Shown in pieces: positions 26,019 to 37,295 of a stretch of 64,000 bases of DNA. The stretch's first letter is position 1. Every line of letters begins with the position of its first letter. Source of the DNA: Prochlorococcus sp. AG-363-P08 (GTDB lineage Bacteria > Cyanobacteriota > Cyanobacteriia > PCC-6307 > Cyanobiaceae). Both the position numbers and the translations under genes were made by a program. The notes under the pieces are model-generated. The model had not been told where the DNA came from, did no database searches, and was given only the letters and a program-made list of their open reading frames with translations. Location: contig QCGE01000008.1 in assembly GCA_003278195.1 (NCBI GenBank), positions 10,249-74,248 of the forward strand. Reading direction: 5' to 3'.

Positions 26019-28796
26019 ATGAGCACAGAAGCGCACGTTGAAACTACCGCTGATGGCTCAAAGGTGGATTTGGATTTATCTTCGATCTTTCCTTTCCCTT
26101 TAGATGCTTTTCAGTTAAAGAGCATAGATGCGCTTGATCAGGGGCATTCAGTAGTTGTTAGTGCTCCAACAGGTTCTGGTAAGACATTGGTAGGCGAATA
26201 TGCGATTCATCGTGCAATTCAGCATGGAAGTAAGGTTTTTTATACAACTCCTCTTAAGGCTTTATCGAATCAGAAGCTTAGAGATTTTCGAACTCAGTTT
26301 GGGCGAAAGAATGTAGGCCTAATGACAGGTGATCTAACAATCAATCGTGATGCTTCCATTGTTGTTATGACCACAGAGATTTTTCGCAATATGCTTTATG
26401 GGGAAGTAGACCAAAATGATGACCCGCTCTCAGAAGTAGAGGCAGTTGTTCTTGATGAGTGTCATTACATGAATGACACTCAAAGAGGAACAGTTTGGGA
26501 AGAAGCAATTATTCACTGTCCTTTAAATATTCAATTGGTTGCATTGTCTGCAACTGTTGCAAATGCTGGGCAGTTGACTGATTGGATCAATGAAGTTCAT
26601 GGTCCAACTCAGTTGATAATTAGTGATTACAGGCCAGTTCCTTTGCATCATAATTTTTGTAGTGCTAAGGGCTTGCATCCATTGCTAAATGAAAAGGGCA
26701 CTGGATTGCATCCGAATTGCAAGGTTTGGCGTGCACCTAAGGGAAATAAGCGCAAAGCACGTTCCCAGAAGCCTTTGCAACCTAAGGCTCCACCTACTGG
26801 TTTTGTAATCAGTCAGATGGAAGAAAGAGGTATGTTGCCTGCTATTTATTTTATTTTTAGTCGACGTGGATGTGATAGAGCATTATCGGATCTGGGAGCA
26901 CTTTGTTTGGTTACCTCAGATGAGCAAATAAAAATTAGAGATAGGCTTAGTTCTTATCGAAAGGCCAACCCTGAGGCTGTAAGAGAAGGGATTCATGCTG
27001 ATGCTTTATCAAGAGGTATTGCCGCACATCATGCAGGAGTTTTACCTGCTTGGAAGGAGTTGATTGAAGAGCTATTTCAGCAGGGACTTGTAAAGGTTGT
27101 TTTTGCGACTGAAACCTTGGCAGCAGGAATAAACATGCCTGCTCGAAGTACTGTTATTTCATCTTTGTCTAAACGTTCTGACCGAGGCCACCGCCCTTTG
27201 ATGGGAAGTGAATTTCTTCAGATGGCTGGGCGAGCAGGAAGAAGGGGACTTGATGATATTGGCTATGTAGTAACTCTTCAGAGTCGTTTTGAGGGAGTGC
27301 GGGAAGCTGGTCAATTAGCTACTAGTCAAGCCGATCCACTTATTAGTCAATTTACTCCGAGTTATGGAATGGTTCTCAACCTCCTTCAACATCATGAGCT
27401 CGAGAAGGCTAGAGAGATTGTTGAGCGGAGCTTTGGACGTTATTTAGCAAGTCTAGATTTGGTTGATGAAGAGGAAATTATTGACCAATTGAGACTTCAG
27501 TTGACCCAGTTAGGGAATATAGCTGGTGAAATCCCGTGGGATGCTTTTGAAAACTATGAAAAAGGACGTAGTCGTTTAAGAGAAGAACGACGACTTTTAA
27601 GAATACTTCAGCAACAAGCGGAGGAAACGCTTGCGAATGAATTAACTATGGCTTTGCAATTTGCTAGTAAAGGGACCTTAGTTAGTCTTAAGGCACCTCC
27701 TTTGAGAGGACGTGTCACTCCGGCCGTGATAGTTGATAAATCAGAGGGATCTGGTCAGTTTCCACTTCTACTTTGCTTGACTGAAGAGAATTTGTGGTTG
27801 CTTTTACCGTGCCATTCTGTGGTCTGTATTCATGCAGACTTGAGTTGTTTAGAGACTGAGATTTTTCCATCTCCTGATTTAAAACATTCTGGTGAAATTC
27901 GCCATGGAGATGAGAAGAGTAGAGAATTAGCATTAGCCGTTAGTCATATTGCCCAGCGACATGAAATGCGAACACCTCAGTATGACCTTGAGAGAGAGGT
28001 CTTGGCGCAAGCAAAATTGGTGCAAGGCTTACAACTTGAGTTAGAAAGACAACCTGCTCATAGATGGGGTGATAGGAAACAACTTAAAAAGCATCGCCGA
28101 CGTATGGAACAGTTAGACAACGAAATTCGTGAACGCCAGCAATTACTTCATAAGAGGGCTAATCATCATTGGGAAACTTTTTTGTCATTGATAGAAATCC
28201 TTAAAAGTTTTGGATGTCTTGAGGGGTTAGAGCCTACGGAGATAGGTCGAACAGTTGGAGGGTTAAGAGGAGACAATGAGTTGTGGCTCGGACTAGCTTT
28301 GATGAGTGGTCATTTGGATCATTTGCCTCCTTCTGAGCTTGCAGCAGTGTTTGAAGCAATTAGTACAGAGGTCAAACGACCAGATTTATGGAGTGGGTAT
28401 AGACCTCCTCGACAAGCAGAGGAATCATTAAATGACCTTATTGGCATACGCCGAGAATTGTTAAGAGCCCAAGAGCGTGAGCAGGTAAATATTCCTGCTT
28501 GGTTTGAACCTGCATTAATGGGCCTCGTTGATGCCTGGGCAAAAGGGACCTCCTGGAGCGACTTGATTTCAAATACTTCATTGGATGAGGGAGATGTTGT
28601 ACGAATAATGCGGAGAACAGTAGATTTGCTTTCTCAGGTTCCCTATTGTGAGGCAATTACTGAGCAACTTAGAAGGAATTCTCGTTTAGCTTTGAAGGCA
28701 ATTAATCGATTTCCTGTGTGTGAGGCAGATGATCTTTTAGTCGAAGCAAAAGCTGAAGAGAGAGGCTTAAATCCTGCCACTGAACGCCTTGGTTGA
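26019..28796 (+). CDS. Ski2/HelY-like superfamily II RNA helicase
   Basis: APTGSGKT, PLKALSNQK, DECH, ATETLAAGINMPA and QMAGRAGRRG motifs; C-terminal DEGDVVR. Confidence 0.92.
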   Translation: MSTEAHVETTADGSKVDLDLSSIFPFPLDAFQLKSIDALDQGHSVVVSAPTGSGKTLVGEYAIHRAIQHGSKVFYTTPLKALSNQKLRDFRTQFGRKNVGLMTGDLTINRDASIVVMTTEIFRNMLYGEVDQNDDPLSEVEAVVLDECHYMNDTQRGTVWEEAIIHCPLNIQLVALSATVANAGQLTDWINEVHGPTQLIISDYRPVPLHHNFCSAKGLHPLLNEKGTGLHPNCKVWRAPKGNKRKARSQKPLQPKAPPTGFVISQMEERGMLPAIYFIFSRRGCDRALSDLGALCLVTSDEQIKIRDRLSSYRKANPEAVREGIHADALSRGIAAHHAGVLPAWKELIEELFQQGLVKVVFATETLAAGINMPARSTVISSLSKRSDRGHRPLMGSEFLQMAGRAGRRGLDDIGYVVTLQSRFEGVREAGQLATSQADPLISQFTPSYGMVLNLLQHHELEKAREIVERSFGRYLASLDLVDEEEIIDQLRLQLTQLGNIAGEIPWDAFENYEKGRSRLREERRLLRILQQQAEETLANELTMALQFASKGTLVSLKAPPLRGRVTPAVIVDKSEGSGQFPLLLCLTEENLWLLLPCHSVVCIHADLSCLETEIFPSPDLKHSGEIRHGDEKSRELALAVSHIAQRHEMRTPQYDLEREVLAQAKLVQGLQLELERQPAHRWGDRKQLKKHRRRMEQLDNEIRERQQLLHKRANHHWETFLSLIEILKSFGCLEGLEPTEIGRTVGGLRGDNELWLGLALMSGHLDHLPPSELAAVFEAISTEVKRPDLWSGYRPPRQAEESLNDLIGIRRELLRAQEREQVNIPAWFEPALMGLVDAWAKGTSWSDLISNTSLDEGDVVRIMRRTVDLLSQVPYCEAITEQLRRNSRLALKAINRFPVCEADDLLVEAKAEERGLNPATERLG

Positions 28797-28825
28797 ATAG
28801 CTTGTTTTTATTTATTAAATATCTT

Positions 28826-30211
28826 TTAAATCATTTTAGTTGGATCGACAATGAGGTCAAATTCCTCTTCGGTTATATAACCAAGGCTTACTGCAGATTC
28901 CCGTAAGTTGAGATTATTTTTATGAGCATACTTAGCAATTGTGCTTGCTTTCTCGTAACCGATTTGTGGTGTTAATGCTGTAACCAGCATTAGCGATTGC
29001 TTTAAGTCATATTCAATTTTTTCTAGGTTTGGTTCCATCCCTTCAATCATTCCAATACGGCAGCATCGGCAAGCATCATTTAAAAGATTGATACTTTTAA
29101 GCAAATTAAAACCAATAAGAGGCTTATAAACATTCATTTGGAGATGTCCTCCAGATCCAGCCATGGCGACAGCTGTGTCTAGCCCCATCACTTGAGTGCA
29201 TACCATTGCCATTGCTTCGCATTGAGTCGGATTTATTTTCCCAGGCATTATGGAGCTGCCTGGTTCATTCTCAGGAAGAATTAACTCTCCAAAGCCTGCG
29301 CGAGGTCCACAGGACAGTAGTCGAATGTCATTGACTATTTTGAGTAGACTAACTGAGAGCATTCGCAACTGTGCCATAGCATTTATAAGCCCATCATGAC
29401 TAGCCATTGCTGCAAAATTATTGGTAGAGCCTGTAAAGGGTAAAGAAGTGTGCTTTGCTAATTCAAGGATTGTTTTTTGGCCAAAACCAGGAGGAGCATT
29501 AAGACCGGTCCCTACTGCGGTACCTCCTAATGGAAGAGAATAAAGTTCTGAAAGGCTTCCTTTTATTCGAGAATATGCAGTGTTAATTTGATCTCTCCAG
29601 GCAGATACTTCTTGGCCAAGGGTTAGTGGCACTGCATCTTGTAGATGAGTTCGTCCAATTTTAATTATGTCTTTCCAGTCCTTACTCTTTTTGTCAAATG
29701 CATCTATTAAAAGCTTTAGTTCTGGTAGGAGTTGTGCATTGATTTGATTTGCGGCAGAGATATGAATAGCTGAAGGGAAGACGTCGTTGGTTGATTGTGA
29801 TTTGTTTACATGATCATTTGGATGTATAGGACGATTGCTCCCTAAGTTTTCCCCAATAGCTTTGGAAGCAAGATTGCTTATAACTTCATTTACATTCATA
29901 TTAGTTTGCGTGCCACTTCCTGTTTGCCAGACTCTTAATGGAAACTGGTTGTCATGAAAGCCATTGATGATTTCATTAGCAGCATTAACAATTAAATCTC
30001 TTCTTTTTTTATCTAAAACACCAAGCTCTTCATTGACAACTGCAGAGGCTTTTTTGATTAATGCTATCGCATGAATTATTTCTGGAGGAATTAAATCTCC
30101 ACTTATAGAAAAATTCTTTAGAGACCTTTGAGTTTGGGCACCCCACAAAACATTGTTTGGGACATCAATAGCCCCCATGCTGTCGTATTCGGTTCGAACC
30201 TTATAGGTCAT
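28826..30211 (-). CDS. fumC: class II fumarate hydratase
   Basis: WQTGSGTQTNMN, GRTHLQDA and GSSIMPGKINPTQCE motifs. Confidence 0.97.
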   Translation of the reverse strand: MTYKVRTEYDSMGAIDVPNNVLWGAQTQRSLKNFSISGDLIPPEIIHAIALIKKASAVVNEELGVLDKKRRDLIVNAANEIINGFHDNQFPLRVWQTGSGTQTNMNVNEVISNLASKAIGENLGSNRPIHPNDHVNKSQSTNDVFPSAIHISAANQINAQLLPELKLLIDAFDKKSKDWKDIIKIGRTHLQDAVPLTLGQEVSAWRDQINTAYSRIKGSLSELYSLPLGGTAVGTGLNAPPGFGQKTILELAKHTSLPFTGSTNNFAAMASHDGLINAMAQLRMLSVSLLKIVNDIRLLSCGPRAGFGELILPENEPGSSIMPGKINPTQCEAMAMVCTQVMGLDTAVAMAGSGGHLQMNVYKPLIGFNLLKSINLLNDACRCCRIGMIEGMEPNLEKIEYDLKQSLMLVTALTPQIGYEKASTIAKYAHKNNLNLRESAVSLGYITEEEFDLIVDPTKMI

Positions 30212-30338
30212 CAATCAAATTCAAATAGATGCAAGGTCTTTAGCTAATGCCCAAGACCCACCTGATTAAAACATCAGGATATTTAAATCATAGAAGTTGG
30301 TTGAAAGGTTTTTAAGATCATTAAGCTCCAAAACTTTC

Positions 30339-31634
30339 TTAAATCCCAAGTCTTTCCCATATAACATTTAAGTTGGCTTGATGCTGAAGTGTGTCGAAGC
30401 ACTCTTGAAGTTGCTCTGAAGACAGATGGCAAGTTACTTCTTCATCTTCTTCGAGGTTTTTGCGGAAGTTGCCATCTGGCTTATTCCAAGCTGAATGAGC
30501 ATTTCGTTGAACAATTTTATAAGCATGTTCGCGACTCATACCATTTTCCACTAGTGATAAAAGGACTTTTTGGCTAAATACAACCCCCCCATAGATGTTT
30601 ATATTCCTTGCCATGTTTTCTGGGTAGATGCCTAGCCCTTGAACGACTTGACTCATCTCTCTCAGCATGAAGTGGAGAGTGGCAGAGCAATCAGGCAACA
30701 TCATTCGCTCAATCGAACTATGACTTATGTCTCTTTCGTGCCATAAAGCCACATTCTCGAGTGCACCTACTACGTAACCTCGCAAGACTCTTGCTAGCCC
30801 ACTGATTCGTTCGCTCCGTATGGGATTCCGTTTGTGAGGCATTGCCGAACTGCCTTTTTGGCCTTTTAAAAAACTTTCTTCTACTTCAAGAACGTCTGTT
30901 CTTTGTAAGTTCCGTATTTCAGTCGCAAATCTATCAAGAGAAGCACCTACCAAGGCAATGGTTTGTACATATTCGGCATGGCGATCGCGTGAGATGACTT
31001 GTGTACTGGCTGTATCTGGACTAAGCCCAAGGCGTTCGCAAGTTAGTTTTTCAACTTCTGGGTCTGTATTTGCATAGGTCCCCATTGCACCACTGATTTG
31101 GCCTACAGAGACCTCTTTTTGTAATCGCTTTAATCGATGAGAATTGCGAATGGTTTCAGCCAGCCAGCCAGCCAACTTGAATCCGAAAGTAATAGGTTCT
31201 CCATGAATAGCGTGTGAACGTCCAATCATTACAGTATTTTTATGCTTACTAGCGAGTTGTCGGATTGAATTTTCTAGCTCTTCAAGTTCTTTTCTCAGTA
31301 ATTCAACAGAAGCTTTCATTTGAATGGCTAGACCTGTATCTAGGACGTCACTACTGGTCATCCCCACATGGATATAGCGGCCTGAGTCTCCTACATATTC
31401 ATTGACATTCGTAAGAAAAGCTATTACGTCGTGACGTACTTCAGATTCAATTTCAAGAATCCGTTCAGGATCAAACGAGGCTTTTGCTCTTATTTGTTCC
31501 ATTGCCTGAATTGGTACTCTGCCAAGCTTGCAGTTGGCTTCACAAGCTGCGACTTCTACGTCTAACCAGCTTTGATACTTGGCCTGGTCGTTCCAGACCT
31601 GAAGCATTTCGGGGAGTGTGTATCGCTCGATCAA
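30339..31634 (-). CDS. purB: adenylosuccinate lyase
   Basis: MIERY, RHDVIAF and GSSAMPHKRNP motifs. Confidence 0.97.
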   Translation of the reverse strand: MIERYTLPEMLQVWNDQAKYQSWLDVEVAACEANCKLGRVPIQAMEQIRAKASFDPERILEIESEVRHDVIAFLTNVNEYVGDSGRYIHVGMTSSDVLDTGLAIQMKASVELLRKELEELENSIRQLASKHKNTVMIGRSHAIHGEPITFGFKLAGWLAETIRNSHRLKRLQKEVSVGQISGAMGTYANTDPEVEKLTCERLGLSPDTASTQVISRDRHAEYVQTIALVGASLDRFATEIRNLQRTDVLEVEESFLKGQKGSSAMPHKRNPIRSERISGLARVLRGYVVGALENVALWHERDISHSSIERMMLPDCSATLHFMLREMSQVVQGLGIYPENMARNINIYGGVVFSQKVLLSLVENGMSREHAYKIVQRNAHSAWNKPDGNFRKNLEEDEEVTCHLSSEQLQECFDTLQHQANLNVIWERLGI

Positions 31635-31682
31635 TTGCTCTTTAGATAATCCAATGTTTCTGAACTTAGTTGGTCTTGAGTC

Positions 31683-31949
31683 TTATGCCGACTTCAACCG
31701 GTTATGTTCCACCTCCCAGTGAATAGATTTCCCCCAGGATTGTTGACGTACCCAGCATCGACCTCCTTTGCAATTTATAACCTGAAAAGGTGGGAGGTCG
31801 TTGGGATGATTGTCTAGGGTTACAAAGCTGCCTGGTTGAAGAAGCTCAACTACCTTGGACGCATCGGTTAAATGAACAACGCGCAAACTTCTTGGAGCTG
31901 GATGCCCCAACCTTGGCCTTGATCTTTTTGGGTGTTTTGGAGGAGACAC
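31683..31949 (-). CDS. conserved hypothetical protein
   Basis: Fills the gap directly upstream of purB on the same strand; structured-looking C-terminus PPFQVINCKGGRCWVRQQSW. Confidence 0.65.
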   Translation of the reverse strand: MSPPKHPKRSRPRLGHPAPRSLRVVHLTDASKVVELLQPGSFVTLDNHPNDLPPFQVINCKGGRCWVRQQSWGKSIHWEVEHNRLKSA

Positions 31950-32040
31950 TTCCTTTCGTTGCTTAGGCTGATCCTCACTGCTTCTAGCCGTTTTCGTCGA
32001 CTTTATTGGTTTTTATTCGGTTTTCCTCTCATTTTTAGCA

Positions 32041-33188
<1,148 letters not shown>

Positions 33189-33216
33189 TTAGAGAATAAT
33201 AGATGTGTTTAGTCTG

Positions 33217-33444
33217 TCAGAATCTTCCAGGAACTGTCACTGCAGGAAAGAAATTCAACATCAGTCCTGCTTCCTTAGCATCTTTAGAAAGGTCTTGAGC
33301 ATCATTCATTGAGATTTTGACCTCGCTGGAGGCCAGGGCCTCCCAGTTTTCGTCTTCAAAGTGGGTTTGCAGCCATAACATTCCATGAATGCTTAAAGGA
33401 CGAATATGAGCCCCTTCGTCTGAACCAGCGAGCAAAATGTCCAT
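33217..33444 (-). CDS. conserved hypothetical protein upstream of glnB
   Basis: HGMLWLQTHFE motif; co-oriented, 34 nt before glnB. Confidence 0.75.
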   Translation of the reverse strand: MDILLAGSDEGAHIRPLSIHGMLWLQTHFEDENWEALASSEVKISMNDAQDLSKDAKEAGLMLNFFPAVTVPGRF

Positions 33445-33494
33445 CAAGTTTTCCTTGGTTGCTATCTATTAGGGGGGGTAAAGGTTATTTCTGA

Positions 33495-33510
33495 TGTGGC
33501 TGTTGATACA
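33495..33510 (-). promoter_or_regulatory. candidate NtcA-binding site for the hypothetical-glnB operon
   Basis: TGTATCAACAGCCACA on the minus strand (TGT-N10-ACA; GTA-N8-CAC), about 50 nt upstream of the start. glnB is a known NtcA target. The -10 box is not clean. Confidence 0.55.
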
Positions 33511-33586
33511 AAATTTTTAGCTCATCTAAATTTTTAGGCGCTAAATCCACTTCAGATCTATCGTTTTTTTTAGAGGTAATTTCTTT

Positions 33587-33994
33587 GTGAGTAGTACCGA
33601 ACAGCAGACAAAAACTCCTCTTTATGGAGAAAGGGCGATTGAAGCGGCAGAGTTGATTTGCTTTGAAAATCCAAATACAAAAAGACCTTACGAGATTTCC
33701 ATTGAGCTTCCTGAGTTCACTTGCCTATGTCCTTTCTCTGGTTACCCTGACTTTGGTGTTTTTCGTTTGGTGTATCAACCCTCCTTTAAGGTCTTGGAAC
33801 TGAAGTCAATAAAGTTGTACATAAATAGTTATCGCAATAGAACTATTTCCCATGAAGAGGTAGCCAATAAGGTTTTAGATGACCTTGTTCAAGCAGCAAA
33901 TCCCATTTGGATGTCGCTAGAGGCTGACTTCAATCCTCGCGGTAATGTTCATACTCTTATTCGTATCAGTCATGGGAAAAGAGAGCAAAGCTGA
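33587..33994 (+). CDS. queF: preQ1 synthase (7-cyano-7-deazaguanine reductase)
   Basis: [23 protein letters not shown] and PRG motifs. Confidence 0.95.
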   Translation: MSSTEQQTKTPLYGERAIEAAELICFENPNTKRPYEISIELPEFTCLCPFSGYPDFGVFRLVYQPSFKVLELKSIKLYINSYRNRTISHEEVANKVLDDLVQAANPIWMSLEADFNPRGNVHTLIRISHGKREQS

Positions 33995-33995
33995 T

Positions 33996-35285
33996 CTAAG
34001 CCTTAATTGTCTTAGAAATAAGCTTAGGCAATTCTGTTGCTAGACCAACAAGGTTTCTGTTAGAGAGGCCACCAAGGTGAAGTGTTGATTGTGCTGGATC
34101 TGTTATTACCCAGATTTGTCTAGTGGAAATGATGCTTAATCCACCTCCAAGAAGAAGTATGGCAAATCCTGTATAAACAAGGGGCACGCCCGGATCCCGT
34201 TTGAGTAGCAATCCACTTGCAGGGAGAACACTGATTACTTTTATATCAATTCCATCGATGAAGGCTGATTGGCCCCCTGGTCTAAGACTGGTTACAAGTT
34301 GTCCATTTGAGTCATAAATTTGTATTGGCCCTAGCTCATTAGAAACTGTTAGAAGTAATGGTTCATTACTTTCAAGACTGCTTGGGAAAATCAACCCCCA
34401 GACTTGATCTCCTAACTCTGGAAAAGCTTGTAAAGGGAGTTGTAATTTTGGACTATCGCCTATTTTGATTGTTACTGCTGCTAGAGACCAATCAGCCTGA
34501 TAAATAGTCATCCCTTGAAATCGCAATGGATGATTAACACTAATTTCCTTTATTGATCTATTTATATCATCTGGTTGAATTAACTCGAGCTTAGAGCGAA
34601 ATTGATTTGGTCTACCTGCTGAGTCTCGATCAATTTCAAAATTAGAAAGATTTATTGTTAGTTGATTCTGACCCTGATTATTTAATAATTCAAACGATTT
34701 GCCTTGAGTTAGGAATCTTTCTGTTTTTTGGCCTCCTAGAGCACCCCAAGCTGCACCAATCATTAATAGGACCATCCCAATATGCACAAGAGGAGGCCCA
34801 ATGCGTCCAACAACGCCTTTTCTGGCAGCAAGTCTTCCATCTTTTTCATTAGTATGCCAGCCTTCTTTTCTTAATTGAGAAGCTAGATCTTTTAGCCCTT
34901 CTTCAATAGATTCAACCTTCACACTCTCAGCAATAGCTAGTTTGCTTAACTGCTCTGGTTTTTGATAATCAATCCATCTTAGTCCAGCTAAAAGTGCTGG
35001 CAATTGTCTCCTCCAGCTGCAAACTAGAAGTGCAGTGCCAAGCCATATAAGTAATCCTAAAAACCAGGAACTTGTGTAAATATGGTCTAATTGGAATGCA
35101 AGAATGTGACGCCCATTTAATATTCCAAACCAAGGAGTTTTGTTGTAAGTTTCGAGATATTTCTCAACTGATTCACCCTGTGGAATTGTTGTTCCTAGAC
35201 CACTAGTTATTGCAATAAGTATTAATAAGAAAATGGCTACTCTTAAATCAGAAATCCATTTAAGGAAAAGATTAAGAGCTCCCAT
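33996..35285 (-). CDS. ccsB: cytochrome c biogenesis protein CcsB/Ccs1 (ResB)
   Basis: LGTTIPQ, GPPLVH, ISVNHPL, YQADW and DPGVPLVY motifs. Confidence 0.92.
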   Translation of the reverse strand: MGALNLFLKWISDLRVAIFLLILIAITSGLGTTIPQGESVEKYLETYNKTPWFGILNGRHILAFQLDHIYTSSWFLGLLIWLGTALLVCSWRRQLPALLAGLRWIDYQKPEQLSKLAIAESVKVESIEEGLKDLASQLRKEGWHTNEKDGRLAARKGVVGRIGPPLVHIGMVLLMIGAAWGALGGQKTERFLTQGKSFELLNNQGQNQLTINLSNFEIDRDSAGRPNQFRSKLELIQPDDINRSIKEISVNHPLRFQGMTIYQADWSLAAVTIKIGDSPKLQLPLQAFPELGDQVWGLIFPSSLESNEPLLLTVSNELGPIQIYDSNGQLVTSLRPGGQSAFIDGIDIKVISVLPASGLLLKRDPGVPLVYTGFAILLLGGGLSIISTRQIWVITDPAQSTLHLGGLSNRNLVGLATELPKLISKTIKA

Positions 35286-35286
35286 T

Positions 35287-36006
35287 TTAGATCCAACGAG
35301 AAAGAAGGCTTAGTAGACCTGTCATAAGGAATACCACACCTGACAATGCAGGGATCCATTGTCCAATTCGGCGAGTTGAAAGCAGACTTGGAATGCTGGC
35401 TGCGATTGTGCCTGCAAGCATTAAAGGAAGGGTTTGTCCAATTCCAAAGCTTGCCAGAAGGATCACTCCTATTAATGGGCTGCCAGTTTCAGCAATCCAT
35501 CCAAGTAGCACAGCTAAAACAGGTGTTGTGCAAGGAGATGCAGCAACTCCAAAGGCCATTCCAGTTGCAATTGGAGCTAGTGATGGCGGAACTTTTTGTT
35601 GCCACCAAATAGCTTCTGGACCAGTAGGTAAGGGAAATTTGATGAAGCCTAAAAGGTTTAGTCCCATAGCTATTGCCAATAGTGCAACCATGGTTGACAC
35701 CAAGTTTGGAACTTCGCCATATATTCGACCTATTAGTCCACTCAGACTTCCTAAAAAAATCAAAGAACAAATAATTCCAGTGCAAAATTCAAGACTTTTT
35801 CGCCATGGCGAAATTTGTCTTTCGAAGCCTGCTAAGAAAGCAACTGTTACTGGTAAAAGGGATATTGAGCAGGCACTTAGGCTGGTTAGTAGTCCGCCGC
35901 CAAAGACCATTGCAATAGTTAAAGGGTTAGGCCTTTCAAGACCATGCTTTAGTAGTTGCTCGCTGGTTCTTGCAAGATCTGAAATGGCTAGTTCAAGTGA
36001 AGGTAT
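35287..36006 (-). CDS. ccdA: cytochrome c biogenesis thiol-disulfide transporter CcdA (start uncertain; first canonical ATG is at 35910)
   Basis: GLLTSLSAC and ASPCTTPVL Cys motifs; reading frame stays open upstream to about 36036. Confidence 0.88.
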   Translation of the reverse strand: MPSLELAISDLARTSEQLLKHGLERPNPLTIAMVFGGGLLTSLSACSISLLPVTVAFLAGFERQISPWRKSLEFCTGIICSLIFLGSLSGLIGRIYGEVPNLVSTMVALLAIAMGLNLLGFIKFPLPTGPEAIWWQQKVPPSLAPIATGMAFGVAASPCTTPVLAVLLGWIAETGSPLIGVILLASFGIGQTLPLMLAGTIAASIPSLLSTRRIGQWIPALSGVVFLMTGLLSLLSRWI

Positions 36007-36044
36007 GGTCTGCGCCGGCTTTGCCGGATTGAGGGTTTAATTAT

Positions 36045-37295
36045 TTACCCTATCGACTTACGGACTTTTCGTAAGCTTCTCATTGACATTAACCCTGTTG
36101 ATTCAAGTGAACACCTGATCAGTAAACCAGCCAAAAAAAGACTTGATATAAGCGAATTACCTCCATAGCTCACCAAAGGAAAAGGTAGTCCAGTAGTAGG
36201 CATAAGACCTGAAGCTACAGCAATATTCATGATTGATTGCCCAACCAAAATTGAGCTGCATCCAATCGCCACTAATCTGGCTTGATTGCTCCTACAGCGC
36301 AGGGAAATTCTGAGTCCAAGGAAAGCAACTAATAATAAAAAGATTAAAAGCATGAAAGAACCAACGAAGCCAAACTCCTCTGCAAAAACTGCATAAATAA
36401 AATCTGTACTTTGTATTGGAAGATATTGAAGTTTTTGAGTGGAAAGGCCATATCCTTCCCCAAACCAACCACCTGAACCTATTGCTAAAAGGCTCTGAAT
36501 TAATTGATATCCATTACCTTGTGGATCTTGCCAAGGGTCTAGAAAAGAAGACACTCTTAGCATTTGATATTTGTTGAGCAAAATGCTTGTTGTTCCTAAT
36601 ATCCCGCCTGCAAAAGCTGTGGCAAATAAACTCCTTAGCCTTACACCTGCGGATAAAGCTACTAACCAAATCAAGATCCCAATTAGAGCAGCAGTACTTA
36701 GATTTGGTTGCTTTAGGATTAGTAGGAGTAATGTTCCGAAAATCCCTAGCCAAAGTAACTTTTGCTCTGAATCAACTCTTTTCCAATGAGCAAAAATGCT
36801 TGCAGCCTGAAGTATTACAAACGGCTTAATTAACTCTGAAGGTTGTACTTGGATCGGGCCAATGATTAACCAACGACTAGCTCCATTTACGGTGCTCCCA
36901 ATAATTAAAGTTGCGGCAACAAGAAGAAGGCAGAGTAATAAGCCAGGTCCAGCAATTCTTAGCCAGCGTCTAATACTTGTTGATATGACAACGCATAGAA
37001 GACTCCAACTTGCAACTAGCCAAATCAATTGGCGCTTTATGTAATAAGCCCCATCTCCCATCTCTCTGGTGGCTACCCACCAACTTGCAGATCCCAGAAC
37101 TAGTAGACCAGCAATACTCCAAAATCCAAGGAGGCTTAAGAACAGTCTTGCTTCAGATGGCCAAAGTCTCCAGGGAAGAGGTAGGTTTTTCTGCCAAAAA
37201 TTACTATTGGTTGAAATTTTTGGCACACTTTTTTTATAGCTGCCTTTAATTGGCCAGCTCTCTTTATGAAGATCATGGCGGGAAGATGGACCCAA
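36045..37295 (-). CDS. ftsW: SEDS family peptidoglycan polymerase FtsW/RodA
   Basis: NGASRW, QPSE, QPNLST, TDFIYAVFAEEFG and LVSYGG motifs. Confidence 0.92.
   Translation of the reverse strand: MGPSSRHDLHKESWPIKGSYKKSVPKISTNSNFWQKNLPLPWRLWPSEARLFLSLLGFWSIAGLLVLGSASWWVATREMGDGAYYIKRQLIWLVASWSLLCVVISTSIRRWLRIAGPGLLLCLLLVAATLIIGSTVNGASRWLIIGPIQVQPSELIKPFVILQAASIFAHWKRVDSEQKLLWLGIFGTLLLLILKQPNLSTAALIGILIWLVALSAGVRLRSLFATAFAGGILGTTSILLNKYQMLRVSSFLDPWQDPQGNGYQLIQSLLAIGSGGWFGEGYGLSTQKLQYLPIQSTDFIYAVFAEEFGFVGSFMLLIFLLLVAFLGLRISLRCRSNQARLVAIGCSSILVGQSIMNIAVASGLMPTTGLPFPLVSYGGNSLISSLFLAGLLIRCSLESTGLMSMRSLRKVRKSIG

Noticed and set aside
35393-36040. 215-aa plus-strand ORF, and the many other short antisense or overlapping track ORFs
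   Set aside because: These are shadow frames opposite or inside well-supported genes (here ccdA) and have no motifs of their own
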